Both the position numbers and the translations under genes were made by a program. Source: Cyanidioschyzon merolae (taxonomy: Eukaryota). Taken from it: 64,000 nt of DNA. The stretch lies in assembly GCA_000091205.1 (NCBI GenBank), contig AP006498.2. The stretch is one strand, 5' to 3'. This document shows, piece by piece, positions 1 to 12,700 of the stretch. The number at the start of each line of letters is the position of its first letter. The stretch's first letter is position 1. Under the pieces are notes generated by a model, which made no database searches, was not told the origin of the DNA, and saw only the letters and a program-made list of their open reading frames with translations.

Positions 1-701
1 CGATTACATTCACTTAGTCTCGTGAGCGCTAACTCGCTGGGAACACAAGTCATCTGGGGGCATTCATTCGACATGGAATTCGAAACGGACAGCGCTTGCA
101 CTATACGCATCCCGTTGCGAGAAGCCCCATCGGCTTTCGAGCAGGCGCTCGGGTCTCGCCCTCGGAGACGCGACAAACTTGACGCCGGTCTCAAAGGCAA
201 AACCCGTACCCCAACGAACACCGGGGTGTTGCGATTCCCAAATGCACGATGCCGCCGCCACATGCCTACGTTGATTATGCGGATGACTCTGAGTTCGGGG
301 AACATTTTCTTGGCGACGCAAGCTCGCAGCCTGGGTCCGACGCGAATCCTGCTACCGCGTTGGTTTATACGCCGGTTCATTGTGCTCAGCGGAGTGCGTG
401 GGATTCTACTGTACCAGTTCTTTGCTTTACAAACGCAACAAATAGCTAAACCCCGTTGATCTTATGATGCTGATGATCGCATCCGTGCCTACCAGGACGG
501 CAGTGCGAGCGTTACCCTTGCAAGCGCTGACACGAAACGTTGCTCCGAGCTCCAGCAGAGACATCCATCCTTGTGATTCGTCTCGCGGTTTGGGAGCCAG
601 CGTAGGTACGGAGGCCACGCTATCTCGATTCGCCCAGATTTCACGGCAAGTCTGAGAATCAAGTGACGGTCGAGCACGAACATCATTTGACGTGCGACAA
701 G

Positions 702-1391
702 CTAGTCGCGTAAGAGCACGAAAACATTCGCTAGATTGCCTCGAGAGATGCGCATATCCTCATCCAAATAGGTGATGTCGAGCCATCCCCGCGCCCTCGC
801 CGGCGCTGGAACCCGAAGCAGGCCAAACTGGAACTGTTTGAACTGAACACGAACCCGACGGGGCGGCTCCGGCGTGAATACTGCCTGGACCCGGTTCGTG
901 AGAAGACCGAACAGCACGCGCTCTTCGTTCACAACTTGGCCGCGTTCCACGTATATGGTTTGATAGATGCTGTTTCGTAGAGGGCGTGCGATATTCGGTC
1001 GATCCAGCCCCAACACGTTCTTCGAGTTGGTGTAGATGAGGCGCCAGCGACCGTCCAGAAGCGGTGACTCCACAGGCGTTCGCGTCGGGTTCATCGCCTC
1101 TAACGGTTTGATGTACTTTTCATCCAGCTCTTTCGCGAACGCATCCGAATACCCTATACGTCCCATATCAAGATCCTTCACGCGTTCAATTAGATCCGCT
1201 TTCGCCTGCTCCAGGGTGGGTGTGTTCAGGAAAACTCCCATGATGAGCGAGCAGCCCGGCTGCGTCCACAGCCGTAAACGAGCTCCACGCGCCCGAACAC
1301 TGAGAGCCTCTCGCTGACGCGTGAGCGCGCATAGTGAAGTCTTCGGAAGGTGTGCGTTTCCAGCGAAAGCATGGCTAGCAAACGCAAACAT
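702..1391 (-). CDS. Plastid lipid-associated protein / fibrillin (PAP_fibrillin family), with N-terminal transit-peptide-like extension
   Basis: 229-aa ORF; C-terminal hallmark ...GWLDITYLDEDMRISRGNLANVFVLL matches the fibrillin C-terminal consensus (YLDEDLRIxRG...FVL); internal GRWRLIYTNS also fibrillin-like. Confidence 0.7.
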   Translation of the reverse strand: MFAFASHAFAGNAHLPKTSLCALTRQREALSVRARGARLRLWTQPGCSLIMGVFLNTPTLEQAKADLIERVKDLDMGRIGYSDAFAKELDEKYIKPLEAMNPTRTPVESPLLDGRWRLIYTNSKNVLGLDRPNIARPLRNSIYQTIYVERGQVVNEERVLFGLLTNRVQAVFTPEPPRRVRVQFKQFQFGLLRVPAPARARGWLDITYLDEDMRISRGNLANVFVLLRD

Positions 1392-1638
1392 TCTGCAGCT
1401 GTTTGTATATCACGAAAAGTGAACGAACCGCAGGTTGATGGGGTGCAACGAGCCTTCGTGAACCCGCGCTCGAGATGCTGCAGTTGACGCAGGCCGCTGG
1501 TGCATCGGGCCTCAGGCGTGGACACAGAGAATGGTGTACAGTTTGGGATTTTAATGGACACAAGTATACCACCCGGATAGCGATTCTCATCTGCGACATT
1601 CATTAACATATGGGTTTCCATGCTACTGCACGCTCTGA

Positions 1639-2229
1639 ATGCGCCCTTTTTACCGTCGTTTCCTACGCACTTGTTCGCTAAGGGTCCTTTTTTGCGTGGT
1701 TCGTGGCGTTCACTCGGACGGACACTCGTCCGCCGCTCGACGCCCTACTCCTTTCCGTATGAGAAACACGCCTGCAGAGCTAGCAGAGGCCGTCAGCACA
1801 GCCTGTGCAGCGCTAGAGAGGGAGTTTCTAGCACTCTCGGCGCTTCTCAGTCGTAATAGCGACCCGTTCGCAGAAGAGGTTCCGTATGAGCTCTTACACG
1901 AACAATACAACACGTGCAAAGAAATTTTGCGAAGGCTTCGAAGCATGTTGTTCGAGCAGATCTCCGAATCAGGAACACTTTACCAGCACATGCAGTACTT
2001 GTGGCTCGCGGAACAGCAACCAGAGGCAACCGGCAGCGCAGCGCTCGTCGCGCAGCGCTCGCGTCTGGAGCAGGTGCTTCGTGGGTTTCGATACGTAACT
2101 GGGGGCGCCAAACCACTAGCCTCTCATAATGTTCAGGAAGGATGGGATGCTTCTGGTACAGTCGAAGTGCACAGTAGTCGTCTCAGTGCCGCAGTGGCCG
2201 GTTCGCGTGCTGCAAACGCCCAGGGTTAG
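1639..2229 (+). CDS. Hypothetical protein (no recognisable domain); alternative start at Met 1759
   Basis: 196-aa uninterrupted ORF in GC-rich DNA; no motif recognised; could be spurious. Confidence 0.2.
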   Translation: MRPFYRRFLRTCSLRVLFCVVRGVHSDGHSSAARRPTPFRMRNTPAELAEAVSTACAALEREFLALSALLSRNSDPFAEEVPYELLHEQYNTCKEILRRLRSMLFEQISESGTLYQHMQYLWLAEQQPEATGSAALVAQRSRLEQVLRGFRYVTGGAKPLASHNVQEGWDASGTVEVHSSRLSAAVAGSRAANAQG

Positions 2230-3122
2230 CGTCTCGCCAAACGCCCTCCCGCGTGTACCGAACAAGGCTCCTGTTCATGTCTGGCTGCCTTTCCGGATAA
2301 TGCTGTCGTGCAGTGTGTTTTCATAGCGAACGCACAACGAGATAGGAACATGCCAGAGAATCGTCTAGTCGTAGTCGTACCTGATGGCCTGCCCCAGTGG
2401 ACCCACCAGAGAGGATACGGTGCGCACAGACAACAGACGATTCAGGGCTACCACGTAAACAGTAGGTGCAGGTTGCCCTTGTGCTGCACATTCCGTCACC
2501 CGTGTGCGTGGAGTCTATTTATCCCTGATTCTCGAAGCGTCCCGGACGCGTCAGCGTATTCTATTCCCCATACGCGGGACCTCACACAAGGCTTTATCAC
2601 GCGTCCGCAGAAAAAAGCTTTCACTAACTGCGACTGCAGAATGCATTGACGCTTTCATGATCGTAACAATAGCGCCGGAAGAAGTACACTCCAGAAACAG
2701 CACAGATACGAAAGCGAATCCCGTTTCAGGCCACAGTTGTCGCTGACGAGTGGCAATGTCAACACCTGGCTGCTCTCTGCCCGTTGCGCCGCGCCTATGC
2801 CGTTCTGCACGAAACTGAAACCGAGTCAAAGCAAGCCAGGCCCTGTGCACGGTGTACAGCGCTGCGACATGAAGGCACTTGCCCACAAAGCGCCTTGGGT
2901 CGGAGCCAGCGTTCTCGAGCTGCGCGCGCTCCTCGGTGCATTCAAGCTCTAGAAAAGCCCCTGCTTGGATCATATGGCAAGCCCGCACATGTCGTTGTCA
3001 TCAAGGTCATGCCTGTGTCAGTTTTGAGCTGTATGGAGAGCGCGCTTGCGAAACCGCTCAATTCATAGGGGATCGTTCTATTCCAGACGCGAACACGCCA
3101 TCTAGGTACCCGTCCCAGGATC

Positions 3123-5072
3123 CTACGCATTTCTGTAAACCAAGACATACGCGGCACGCGATAGAACGGTGCTTGCGGACACCATTTGCACATCCTGGTC
3201 ATCACACTGCCACCAGATCGCGTCGGCATCAACCGAACGAGTCAATCCCCGAGGGGCGTTTCGTGACTTGGACAACGACCATGTCGAGTTTGTACCGCTC
3301 GCCAGCACGTCTGCAATGTAGTGCCCGTTCGCCAAGTCCGTGCCCAGGTGTGTGATGACCGCCACCAAACGATACCGACGGGAACACGCCTCGCCGAGTT
3401 GCGCTTTTGGTACGGCCGCACTGAACCAGGATGCATTCAGAACGAACTGTGGCGGGAATGATAGCTCCTTGTGCAGCTTCTTTCCCTGACCTGTTCCGTC
3501 TGACGCCACGGAAAACCGTTTCAAGTGAATGATAAGCGCTTGCGGCAGGGGCGTATCCAGCGTGACGTGCTTCCGCAGCGGGTCAAGGTTGGCGGCTACG
3601 CGCGTTCTGGTCCGTGCACTGCTGTCGCGCTCATCGGGTGCTTCAAGGAACTCCGGTTCCATAAAGTAGCGGAAGGCGTCGTCCAATGTCCGAATCCGTT
3701 GGTCTTCGATATCCAAAGATAGCATGAGGAAAGGTTCACGAACCGCAGAGCGCTTAGCACCTGCTTTGCGCACCTCGCTCCGAAGCGCACCACCGAAAAT
3801 GGAAGTGATAAACGTCTTTCGCACTTGGTGCGTTCGAACAATAGCGCTACGTCCTCGTCGATCCACGGTTTCCCACTCGGTATCGCTGGTGGCATCCGAG
3901 TCGGTGAGCGAAGGCGAAGCGGCGCGCTCCAGCGAGGCCAGCTTGCTCTTTTCGCCGAGCAGGGATCGCAGTTCCAGCAACTCACTGTGCAATCCGTCCA
4001 ACATGATCATCAGTAGCTCCTGAGCGTCTTCCTGGTGACCCGAACCCACGGTAGAAGCTAATCGCTCGTTCTCCCAGAAATACGTTGGCCGTAGCATAGG
4101 TGCTGCGGCTCCGAAACGTCCTCGCTGGAGGCGCGTCTGCTGACATAACGCTTGCCACTCGTCGATGAGCCGAAGCCATCCAGCAACCAAATGGCAGTTG
4201 CACTTCTCCAAGAGATCCCGCTGAGTCGGGAGAAGCGCTCCAAGCGCAGTCCATGTTAAGCGGAATTCATCGATGGCCAGAAGCGCTTGCAGCACCGCAT
4301 TCAGGTAACACGAATTCCCGGTGTTCACAAAACCGGGTCGTCTCCAGTGAGGATCTATGGCAATCGATGATGCGGCTACACTCGGTGACGGCGTTCTGTC
4401 GTTGGACACAGGGCACCCGTATTCCAGCAGCTGCAAGAGTCGTTCGCTCATCTGAGCTGGAAGCCCCGTGAACAGCCTTCCTCGACGATCCGACCCGGTG
4501 GCCTGATCGGCCTCGTCTATTCGCTTTAGCAACTTGCTCTCAGTCGTCACACTTGACTGGTTACTTTCATGGGAAGCGCCAGGTGCATCGGCACGAGCTT
4601 CGCCGCTCACGACGGAAGCCCAACGTAGTCGCGGTGTGCCTGCTGACACCGGCTCCGGTGCCGCTCGTGGGGTGCTTTTCGGGCTCTCACTTGAACGCAG
4701 CGGTACCACGGGGCTATTGGAGTTCGAGCTGTGGACCACTTCCGCAGGTGCATCCTTCTTCAAAGGCGACAACGAAGGTGTTTCCGTTTGCGGCAAAGCG
4801 ACAGCTACTTGGCTCGGCGAAACGGCAAGCGTCGGCGTAGAAGAAGCGCTCCCCGAGCGCACCTTTACGGTGCCCGGGGCTTGATTCAGCTCTGGCTCCT
4901 GCTCACTCGTTGACTGTGATAAAACGGCTTCCGAACGTATGATGAGACTCGACCATTCACGCGCAGTTAGCTGGCCTAGGTACACGTGTGAAAACTGTGT
5001 CCAGTTTACACCTTTTCGCTCCATTCCGTCACCATGTAGGAAGGTCTCACACCTTGCCCGCACCCACGACAA
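3123..5072 (-). CDS. Ubiquitin carboxyl-terminal hydrolase (USP/UBP family, peptidase C19)
   Basis: 649-aa ORF; Cys-box GFVNTGNSCYLNAVLQALL and His-box GHYIADV; long Ser/Pro-rich low-complexity C-terminal half. Confidence 0.8.
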   Translation of the reverse strand: MSWVRARCETFLHGDGMERKGVNWTQFSHVYLGQLTAREWSSLIIRSEAVLSQSTSEQEPELNQAPGTVKVRSGSASSTPTLAVSPSQVAVALPQTETPSLSPLKKDAPAEVVHSSNSNSPVVPLRSSESPKSTPRAAPEPVSAGTPRLRWASVVSGEARADAPGASHESNQSSVTTESKLLKRIDEADQATGSDRRGRLFTGLPAQMSERLLQLLEYGCPVSNDRTPSPSVAASSIAIDPHWRRPGFVNTGNSCYLNAVLQALLAIDEFRLTWTALGALLPTQRDLLEKCNCHLVAGWLRLIDEWQALCQQTRLQRGRFGAAAPMLRPTYFWENERLASTVGSGHQEDAQELLMIMLDGLHSELLELRSLLGEKSKLASLERAASPSLTDSDATSDTEWETVDRRGRSAIVRTHQVRKTFITSIFGGALRSEVRKAGAKRSAVREPFLMLSLDIEDQRIRTLDDAFRYFMEPEFLEAPDERDSSARTRTRVAANLDPLRKHVTLDTPLPQALIIHLKRFSVASDGTGQGKKLHKELSFPPQFVLNASWFSAAVPKAQLGEACSRRYRLVAVITHLGTDLANGHYIADVLASGTNSTWSLSKSRNAPRGLTRSVDADAIWWQCDDQDVQMVSASTVLSRAAYVLVYRNA

Positions 5073-5298
5073 AGTGGATCACAAGCTTTATATGCAATCG
5101 TTAGCGCTAAACTGTTACCGCTCCCAGGGCTGAGGTCCAGAGACCACACTCGAGTTCACGTTCTTTCGTCGACGTGTCCGAAGCGTCAGCGCTGAACAGT
5201 CTGAGCCCTAGCGGGCCGCGGCTCGTTTCGCACCGACTCCCGCAGCGCGTCCGTCTCGTTTCTCCGCCTAACGTCAAGAGGGTGCTTCGGAGCCGGCA

Positions 5299-5640
5299 AT
5301 GGCGACACCGCTTTTAGCTGGTATTGCGGTTGCTGGCGCAGCTCTAGCTGGAAGAGCGGCTATACGGGCGTGGCAAGTACTGAAGACGGCGCCGGCTCGG
5401 CCAAAGTTTCCGCGTTCCTTTTTGCAGGGCGGCTTCGAGCCCACTATGAGTCGCACGGAGGCGCTTCACATTCTGGGGCTCAGGGAGGGTGTTCCCCGAG
5501 AAAAAGTACGCGAGGCGCACCGTCGACTGATGCGAATAAATCATCCCGACACGGGCGGAAGCGCATACCTCGCAGCAAAAGTCAACGAGGCGAAAGAGGT
5601 GCTGCTAGGGACGGGGCGCCGACCCACAGCCGGTGTGTAG
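5299..5640 (+). CDS. PAM18: Mitochondrial import inner membrane translocase subunit TIM14/PAM18 (J-domain protein)
   Basis: 113 aa; N-terminal hydrophobic TM segment (LLAGIAVAGAALAGRA), J-domain with ...EAHRRLMRINHPDTGGSAYLAAKVNEAKEVL (HPD motif followed by GGS, typical of TIM14/DNAJC19). Confidence 0.8.
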   Translation: MATPLLAGIAVAGAALAGRAAIRAWQVLKTAPARPKFPRSFLQGGFEPTMSRTEALHILGLREGVPREKVREAHRRLMRINHPDTGGSAYLAAKVNEAKEVLLGTGRRPTAGV

Positions 5641-6547
5641 AGTTTGGCGGTTCTGTTCGCTGCAACAGTACAAGATACGAACTTGTAGTCTGCTCGAGTT
5701 GGCAAGCATTGAACAAGTTTTGCTCGTTGGCGCTGTGCCGGGTCGATAGCGCTCGTCTGGGACACCGAGCACTCTGGCGTGCTTCTGGAGGTCGCGAGCG
5801 ACCTCCAGGCACCTCTGGGGCGTGGAGCCAGCCACCTCGGTTGCTGCGCGGTAACTGCTGTTCGAAGTCTTTAAAGTACGCTCCGAGAGAGTTTTGCCTT
5901 TTTTTTCTGGATGCGGAACGATGATCTCGTGTTATGCAGTGCTTGCGCAGTGACAGTAGCCATGCATCATCCCGGGCCGAGATGTGCACTGCCGCGAACG
6001 ACACTGAGCAGAGGTCCAGCCAATGAATTGCAATGCTGGAGATGGACTAGAATTTCATGAGAAAGGAACCTGCAGTTTACCCAACGGTACTGGATGTAAA
6101 TTTCTGACATGGGGTTTATGTGCGATGAATGAATGATACCAGGGTCCGGCGTTGACATTCCCGGAGAGGTGCGGATCTCAGGCCCCTGAATCAGCCACGA
6201 GTGCTAGCTTTGTCTGCATCCGCAGCGCTCTCGCTGCGCTGTAATGTACCGTTCCTCGATGGATGTCAAAACGTGTAGCCGAATGGGCGTTGGTAGAGGC
6301 GTCTAGGGCGCGATGCGGCGCGCTTCAAGCGTTCGAGCAAGGCACGGCACCCTGGGTCGATGCTCCGTTAAAACAGGCTTGAGTGATGGCGTTCAAAGTC
6401 CAAGCCATTTCCGTGACGGCAGATGCCTTGCCTGTGAAAACTTGAGGAAACAGCGTCGGCGACGATGCGACTTACATGAGCAGGCCGCTGCCGTCTGAAC
6501 CGCGCCGTCTCCTTCTCCGGTAAGCTTGCGCACGTTTTCGCCTGCTT

Positions 6548-6946
6548 TCAGAGCAGAAGCTGTTCGATCTTTGTTCGAAGCGCGGTGATCTGGTTCCGCA
6601 GTTGACTCATATCCGCCCGTAGAACCGCACAGGCGATCACTGGACGGGAAACGCCGCATGCACGTCCCAGCGCGGCTTTCGAGGGAACGAATACATACGG
6701 TACCGCTTTATCCTCTGCAACGAGCGGCGCTGAGAGCAGTATCTCCAAAGGTTGCGTATCAGCCGCGAGAACAACAAACTCTGCCAGACCGCGATTCATC
6801 GACTTGAGCACCTCGTTCAGACCCTTTTTGATCTGCTTATAATGGCTCGCTTGCTGGACAAGATCGAGTATTTCAACGACTAAGTCAGCAGGAGCGAACG
6901 GGTACGCTCTCGGATCCGCCTGATTCGGCGCGGTGACGACGTCCAT
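6548..6946 (-). CDS. SNU13: Snu13 / NHP2-like protein 1 (15.5K; L7Ae family snRNP/snoRNP protein)
   Basis: About 132 aa from Met MDVV...; near-identical core to NHP2L1: [36 protein letters not shown]...[32 protein letters not shown]. Six-frame ORF extends to 7006 but the conserved N-terminus begins at 6946. Confidence 0.85.
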   Translation of the reverse strand: MDVVTAPNQADPRAYPFAPADLVVEILDLVQQASHYKQIKKGLNEVLKSMNRGLAEFVVLAADTQPLEILLSAPLVAEDKAVPYVFVPSKAALGRACGVSRPVIACAVLRADMSQLRNQITALRTKIEQLLL

Positions 6947-8130
6947 GGGCCTGCTTGGCGCTTCAGTGGAGCTCAAAGGTTCCATGTGTTGCCACACAAA
7001 CTTCACTAGCAGTGGAAGCCAGTGCGATGTTCAAAACTAAAGATTGTTCGAAAACCAGCGCAATCGCACCGTTGCTTGTCCAACAAGCGTCCTCGTTCAC
7101 GAGTACTTGTGCCGAAAGAAACTTGGCTGCGGCCTTATCGGATACGGGACTCGCACCCGTCGCAAACACTCTAAGAGGGAGCAAGCCCTCGGTCGCGTAT
7201 GATCCCAGTTGGCTCTCACACCCGTGACCCTTTCTTGGTTCGAAGAGCGCCTCTCAGTCCCAAGAAAAACTCGATCGCCCGCGAAGCAGAACAAAAGCGC
7301 CTTGAAGCACTCTCCGAAGAACAAGGAGAGCGTCTCCTGAAACGTTTGCCGCAGGATTGATGCGCCGACGGGTGTAGGGTCGGCTAGAGGCCCCGGTTTG
7401 CACACGATCCCCAATGAGATAGGGACAGTTTGGTAAATCAGTGACTTTTGTTGTAGATTATATGACAAGAGCTTCGCACTGCGTACGCTGCGCACTGGAG
7501 CAGCAAGCGAACGCTGTCCATGGACCTCCAAGGTACACGTTTGGACGCAACGCGTTCGCCGGGTGTCGGCTTACCTGCTGGTTGGTGTGGTGCAGCAATG
7601 CCTAAGGAATTTGACAAGTACCGAGATATCGTTTCAAAAAAGATGGATCGGGTGAATTTCCGTGCCCATGCACTGCGCTGAGCTTCATGCCGTAGGACGG
7701 CTCCTGATCTGACGGTAAACGCATTCACGTGGCATGCGCTGAACGCCCATCGCGGTATTTATCTACTTTGACAAGGGTTTGCACAGGAATACACGAACCA
7801 ATAGCTGTGCAGGTGCAGATAATCATTTAGATATTAAACTTGATCCACTGTTTCACCCTTACTATTCATGGGTAGAGGTATCGGCAACTGCGAAAGCAAA
7901 AATAATCTTTTGCAAACAAGGTTTTGTCCTCTATATCATTCACACAGTCAGGGATAGCTGCTTTGCAGGCTGCAAGAGCAGCCTCAGGCTGACGGTCCTC
8001 CCTAGACTCTGCAGATATATACTCGCCAGGGTTGCTTAAGGCAGTTGTGGCAACCGCGCTTCCCCGTGAAGGCAGCACGTCCGTCCGATACAGGCGATAC
8101 ACCCAAGTCAGTGTAGGATACAACCGGTCC

Positions 8131-9672
8131 TCTGATGTGGGCGTACATTCTAAAGTTTCGCTCTCTGTAAACCATCATCCACAATAGCATTTGCAGGGTT
8201 TTTTCTAACTCGTTTCCCACGTAGAATCCACTGGTCTCGCCTGCTCCTCCAGCTTCGTTACCATCACTCGACGGATGTTGATGGCACCAAGATCGTGCCT
8301 GCTACGCTGGCTCAGGTTTCGTCAACGCTTTCCATGCAAAAGGCGCAGGGTATCATCTAAGCTCCGCTTACCATTCGGATCTCCTTCGCGCGCAACCTCG
8401 GTACACTCTTTACGGCGGTGGCACATCACTTCGGTCATGTTTTCAAGCACGTGCATCAACTCGCCGCCGCGGAAGGCTGCTCTATGGCGCGTTGACGCCT
8501 GCTTCATCGCTTGGTTCATGCTCTGGACGAGTGCAGAAGGCATCGCTTGATGCGCGCCCCCGTCTTGGTGCTCGGTGCAGTACCATACGAGCATCCGCCT
8601 CTTCTGGGCGATGCGCTCGGCGAGTACATTGTCCGTTGCACGCCCAAACGCAGGCGGCTCTATTGGATCGAGGATCTGTGAAACGTCAGCTTTTCCTTGA
8701 TGAACCTATTACCTTGCAGAGAATCGAGGCTCAAACACACGCCGAGAAATTTCGTTGCGTCTACACTCTCATCGGGCAAAACGGTGATACACGCCCCGCA
8801 GGAAGCGATCGCTGCGATGGCTCAAGTCCGAGTCCAAGAACCTGCTCGATCCCCAGAGAAGAGACGTGAGCCTCTGGGAGCAAATCCCATGTGAGAAATC
8901 ATGCTGCTGCCGAATGCCATTCCATTTATATCCATACAGATATCATGACAGATAATCCAACGACTAGGTGTGAATCCGTAAGCCGTTGTTGCCGCTGCAC
9001 TTCGAATGTCAAGGCTCTAGACCTGAAATAAGGTTTGGAAAATCTCCATGCAGGAACAGAGCCAGCATCCCAGTGTTCCCTGTTTCGAGCACATTCTATC
9101 GTCGCCTTTGGAGTATTCCGCTCGACAAGTGCTGGTGCCTTGTGAGCGGGCGCTGCTCGCCGCATTGGACACAGACACGCCTAGCGTTGCTTGCTGACGT
9201 CACTGCTTCTGCTGCTGCAACTTGCGAACCGGGCAGCTGGAAGTACGCAAACTCGCCAACGACGAGAGGCGCTCTAGTGTTGGAAGCTCCGTGCACTGCA
9301 GAGCGCGATTGTCGCTTGCTACCCAGAACGCTTTTTCGGTAGCTGCGACGGCAGTAGCAGCAGCTGCTACTTCTGCCAAAAACCGCCGCCGGTTCGCAGC
9401 CACGCCATCGTTGCTGTGAACGGGTGTCGCTTTCGAGGTTGCTCGTGAAACTTGGGTACCGTTGGAAGGCGCGGGGTCTTTGGCATTGGACCTCACTGGA
9501 AGTGAAACGCGTTCTGGGTGTCGATTACCTAAAAACAAGAGGCCCGGAACCAGAGGCGTCCCTGCGTATCGGCTGTACGCGACGGACGTCCGATACCAGG
9601 TTTCAGCGCTTATACGTAGCGGACGGAGGGGACGCGTCTCAAAAGTCTTCAACTCGAAAGGAGCATAGTTTC
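8131..9672 (+). repeat. Dispersed repeat family copy A (about 1.55 kb, unclassified; possibly a non-autonomous TE or fragment of a larger element)
   Basis: Near-identical (inverted) to 44615-46185 and partially to 31530-32340; duplicated six-frame ORFs (e.g. MTPASSLGSCSGRVQKASL..., MLVWYCTEHQDGGAHQA...) appear in all copies; no TIRs or LTR ends found. Confidence 0.7.
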
Positions 9673-9789
9673 GTTTCAAACAGAATTGGAAGAACAGCGC
9701 GCACATATTCTATCAGGTGTTAGGTTCTGTAGGTAGGTCTTGTCTGGCTGTTCCAGCAACAGACGATCGCTGGCATTCCGCTCGCGGAT

Positions 9790-12700
9790 ATGTACGCGGC
9801 GCTGCATCGAGTCACAGCAACGATTGAAGCTGTTGATCTTAGCCCGCTACACTTCGAAGCTCATGTGTCTAGCCCAGCTTCTATGAGTCGTAGAATGACT
9901 GCGTTGCTTCACTGGGGACCTTCTCCAGTGCTCTTTGCCTCTCCTTTTTACCAGGCTGGGGCTCGAAATCAGCGAGCAAACGCCACGAAAATCACTCGCT
10001 GGAGTATACGCTGTCGAAAATACGCTCGCTCTGAGGGCCTCGGTTTTCTAGCAATCACGCAACCAAAGACCAGCCTGGTACGAACGGCATCACACGCGGC
10101 TTACAACGCAAATCTATGGGCAGCAAGGAGATCCGGGCGAGTTTCTCCTCGAATGACGACAGGTTCTTCACCAGTGCTGTCGACTCGTCGTGCGGAACTT
10201 GTCTGCTCGCGCTACGTAGTCTTCTCTGATCTTCATGTCGATGCGAATCGGCTGGAGACGTGCTTGCAAGTTCTTGAGCGAGTTCATGAATTGGCCACTG
10301 CCAGAGATGCGGGCATCATATTTCTTGGCGATTTCTGGCATCTACGAGGAAGCATCCCAGTCATATGCCTCAATCGGGTCCTGGAGACGGTTCAGCAATT
10401 CACTGTACCATGCCTGATGCTTCCAGGTAATCACGACCAGGTAAGCATCTGCGGACGGGAACACGCGCTGGTCCCAGTGGCGGCAGCGATGCAGCCTGGT
10501 CTCGCGCTCGTGTTTGACGAACCTGTAGTGATGTTTGATGCGCTCTGGCTGCCGTATCGCAAGCGTCCGCTGCAACTAGTGGAAGCGCTGCGAGAACACG
10601 GACCCCATGTGAAAGCTGTCTTCTGTCATGCGGAGATTCAGGGCGCGTGGCTCAATAACCAGATGCGCTATGGAGGGCCCGGTGGTATCGCACCGGAGCT
10701 CTTCCCGCCTTCGCCAGTACCAACCTATGCGGGTCACTTTCATCGGCCCCATACGGTGACGGGCTATCCGCATATCCAGTATGTAGGCTCGCCCTATCAG
10801 GTCACGCGAGCTGAGGAAGGACAAGAGAAACATCTCCTTGTCGTGCGATCAACGGACTGGCTCACAGAGGAAATCGTGCCGCTAGCCATTGGACCTCGTT
10901 TCTTTCGCGTTTCATTGAAACAGGCTCGGCAACAACTAAGCGCTAGCATCCCTGCATCGGCGGCAGAAGCAACAACATCAGCGACAACGGGCTTTCGACC
11001 CGGTGATCGTGTTACGCTGCTCTGCACCGCATCCGAGCTGCAGCAACAGCGCACCGCCGGTGCCAAAGACATGGACCACGATTTGGAGTATGTCTATAAC
11101 GAACTACGTCGCAGAGGCATTCACGCAAGTATGCGCCTATGGGATGCACCAGCAGAAAATGAGAAAGTTTCATCGAGCAGCGCGCAACGCACCTTTGTTG
11201 AACCTCAGTTGCGAATGCCGAATGCGGAGCGCCTCGACGCTGCCGATGTGCTGCGCCTGTTTGCGCGCCAGCACCCGCAGCAGTTGGACGGAACGACGCT
11301 GGCGCTCGGACTTTCGATTTTAGAACAAATTCAAAAATCGAACGCAAAAATTGCTCGCGGGGAATCTTTTTCGCGCTTGCGTGCTGTGCATGTCCTCTTC
11401 GATTCTGTGCGACTCCATAATTTCGGCTGTTTCCATACTGAACCGGATAGCAACCAAGTAGATCAGCTGTCAATGGACGTAGCAGGGAGCACAAGGCATC
11501 AGATGAGCGTCACGAGTGCTTCGGAAGAATCGCACCAGGACCTCGAATCCAACGGTGGTGTCGTGAAGCGCGGGCGAGTGGCGGCGGCTACTGCTACGGC
11601 GGATGGAGCATGGCGTACGATCCCCGCGAAACCTGGTATCTGGTATCCGCTGCGCAATCGAGGGATCGTCCAAGTATCTGGACGCAATCTCGATGAAGAC
11701 GGTTGCAATTCGAATGGTACGGGAAAAACGACTTTGGCGATGGCAGCGCTATGGGCTCTAACAGGGAGCCTGGAACCGCGGCCTCATCTGCGACGTAACG
11801 TGTCGCAGTTGCGGATTCTGCACGAGGACGCTACGGAAGGTTTTGTTGAATTGCGAGCTAGCGTGAATGGAAAACCGCTTTTGGTGCGGAGGAAAGTTCG
11901 CCGCAGTGGGAAACAGCGGGAAAGATATAACCAGGAGCTTTTCGTGGAGTACGACTCCCGGGATCTCACACGCCTCAGCATCGAGGAAACACAACAGCGA
12001 CTGAATGAGATCATTGATCTCTCACTGTTGCCACATGTAGTCTTTTTTGGCCAGAATTATCTGCATGGCTTGCTCTCCACAACCGACAAGGAGTTTAAGG
12101 AGATTCTGGAGAGCGCCTTGCCGCTGCAAGTCTGGAACGAGGCCTATGCGCATGTCACTGCACGACAGCGAGCACTGCGTGAAGAACGCCAGCAACTTGC
12201 TCAAAAAATCCAGAGCTGTTCACAGGCGTTAGAGCGCGAGCGGGAACGAATCGAAGAGCTCGCTCGAACAGAGCGAGAAACAAGACTGCAACTCGATCTT
12301 CAAGAGCAGGAACTGAAGCAGAGTCTCGAGCAGTGGCAGCAAGGCGCAGCGGAAGCATCGGCCTCGGATACTATCGACAGCGGCAGCGACAACACGTCTC
12401 TCGAGGCGCTCCGCGAACGCATTCGTCACCTGAAAGCGAGCATCGATGCCGACGTGACCACTCTGGCGGAGCTGCAACGCAAGGAGGCGAAACTTCATGC
12501 GGAGCTTGCCCAGGCGCAGAGACTCTGGGATCAGTGGGCTGCGCTCCATGCGCAGCTCCAAGGCGATGCGGGAATAACCGTGTGCCAGGGCAGCCTCGAG
12601 CAACGCCGCACGGCTCTGCACGAACAAGTGAAAGACCTCAAACGAGTGTTGCAAGAGCTTCAGCTCCAGGAGCAGAGCACAGTTGCCAGCATACGCCACT

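Noticed and set aside
22-459. 145-aa ORF at the window start
   Set aside because: No motif recognised, and overlapping alternative-frame ORFs of similar length. Insufficient evidence to call a gene.
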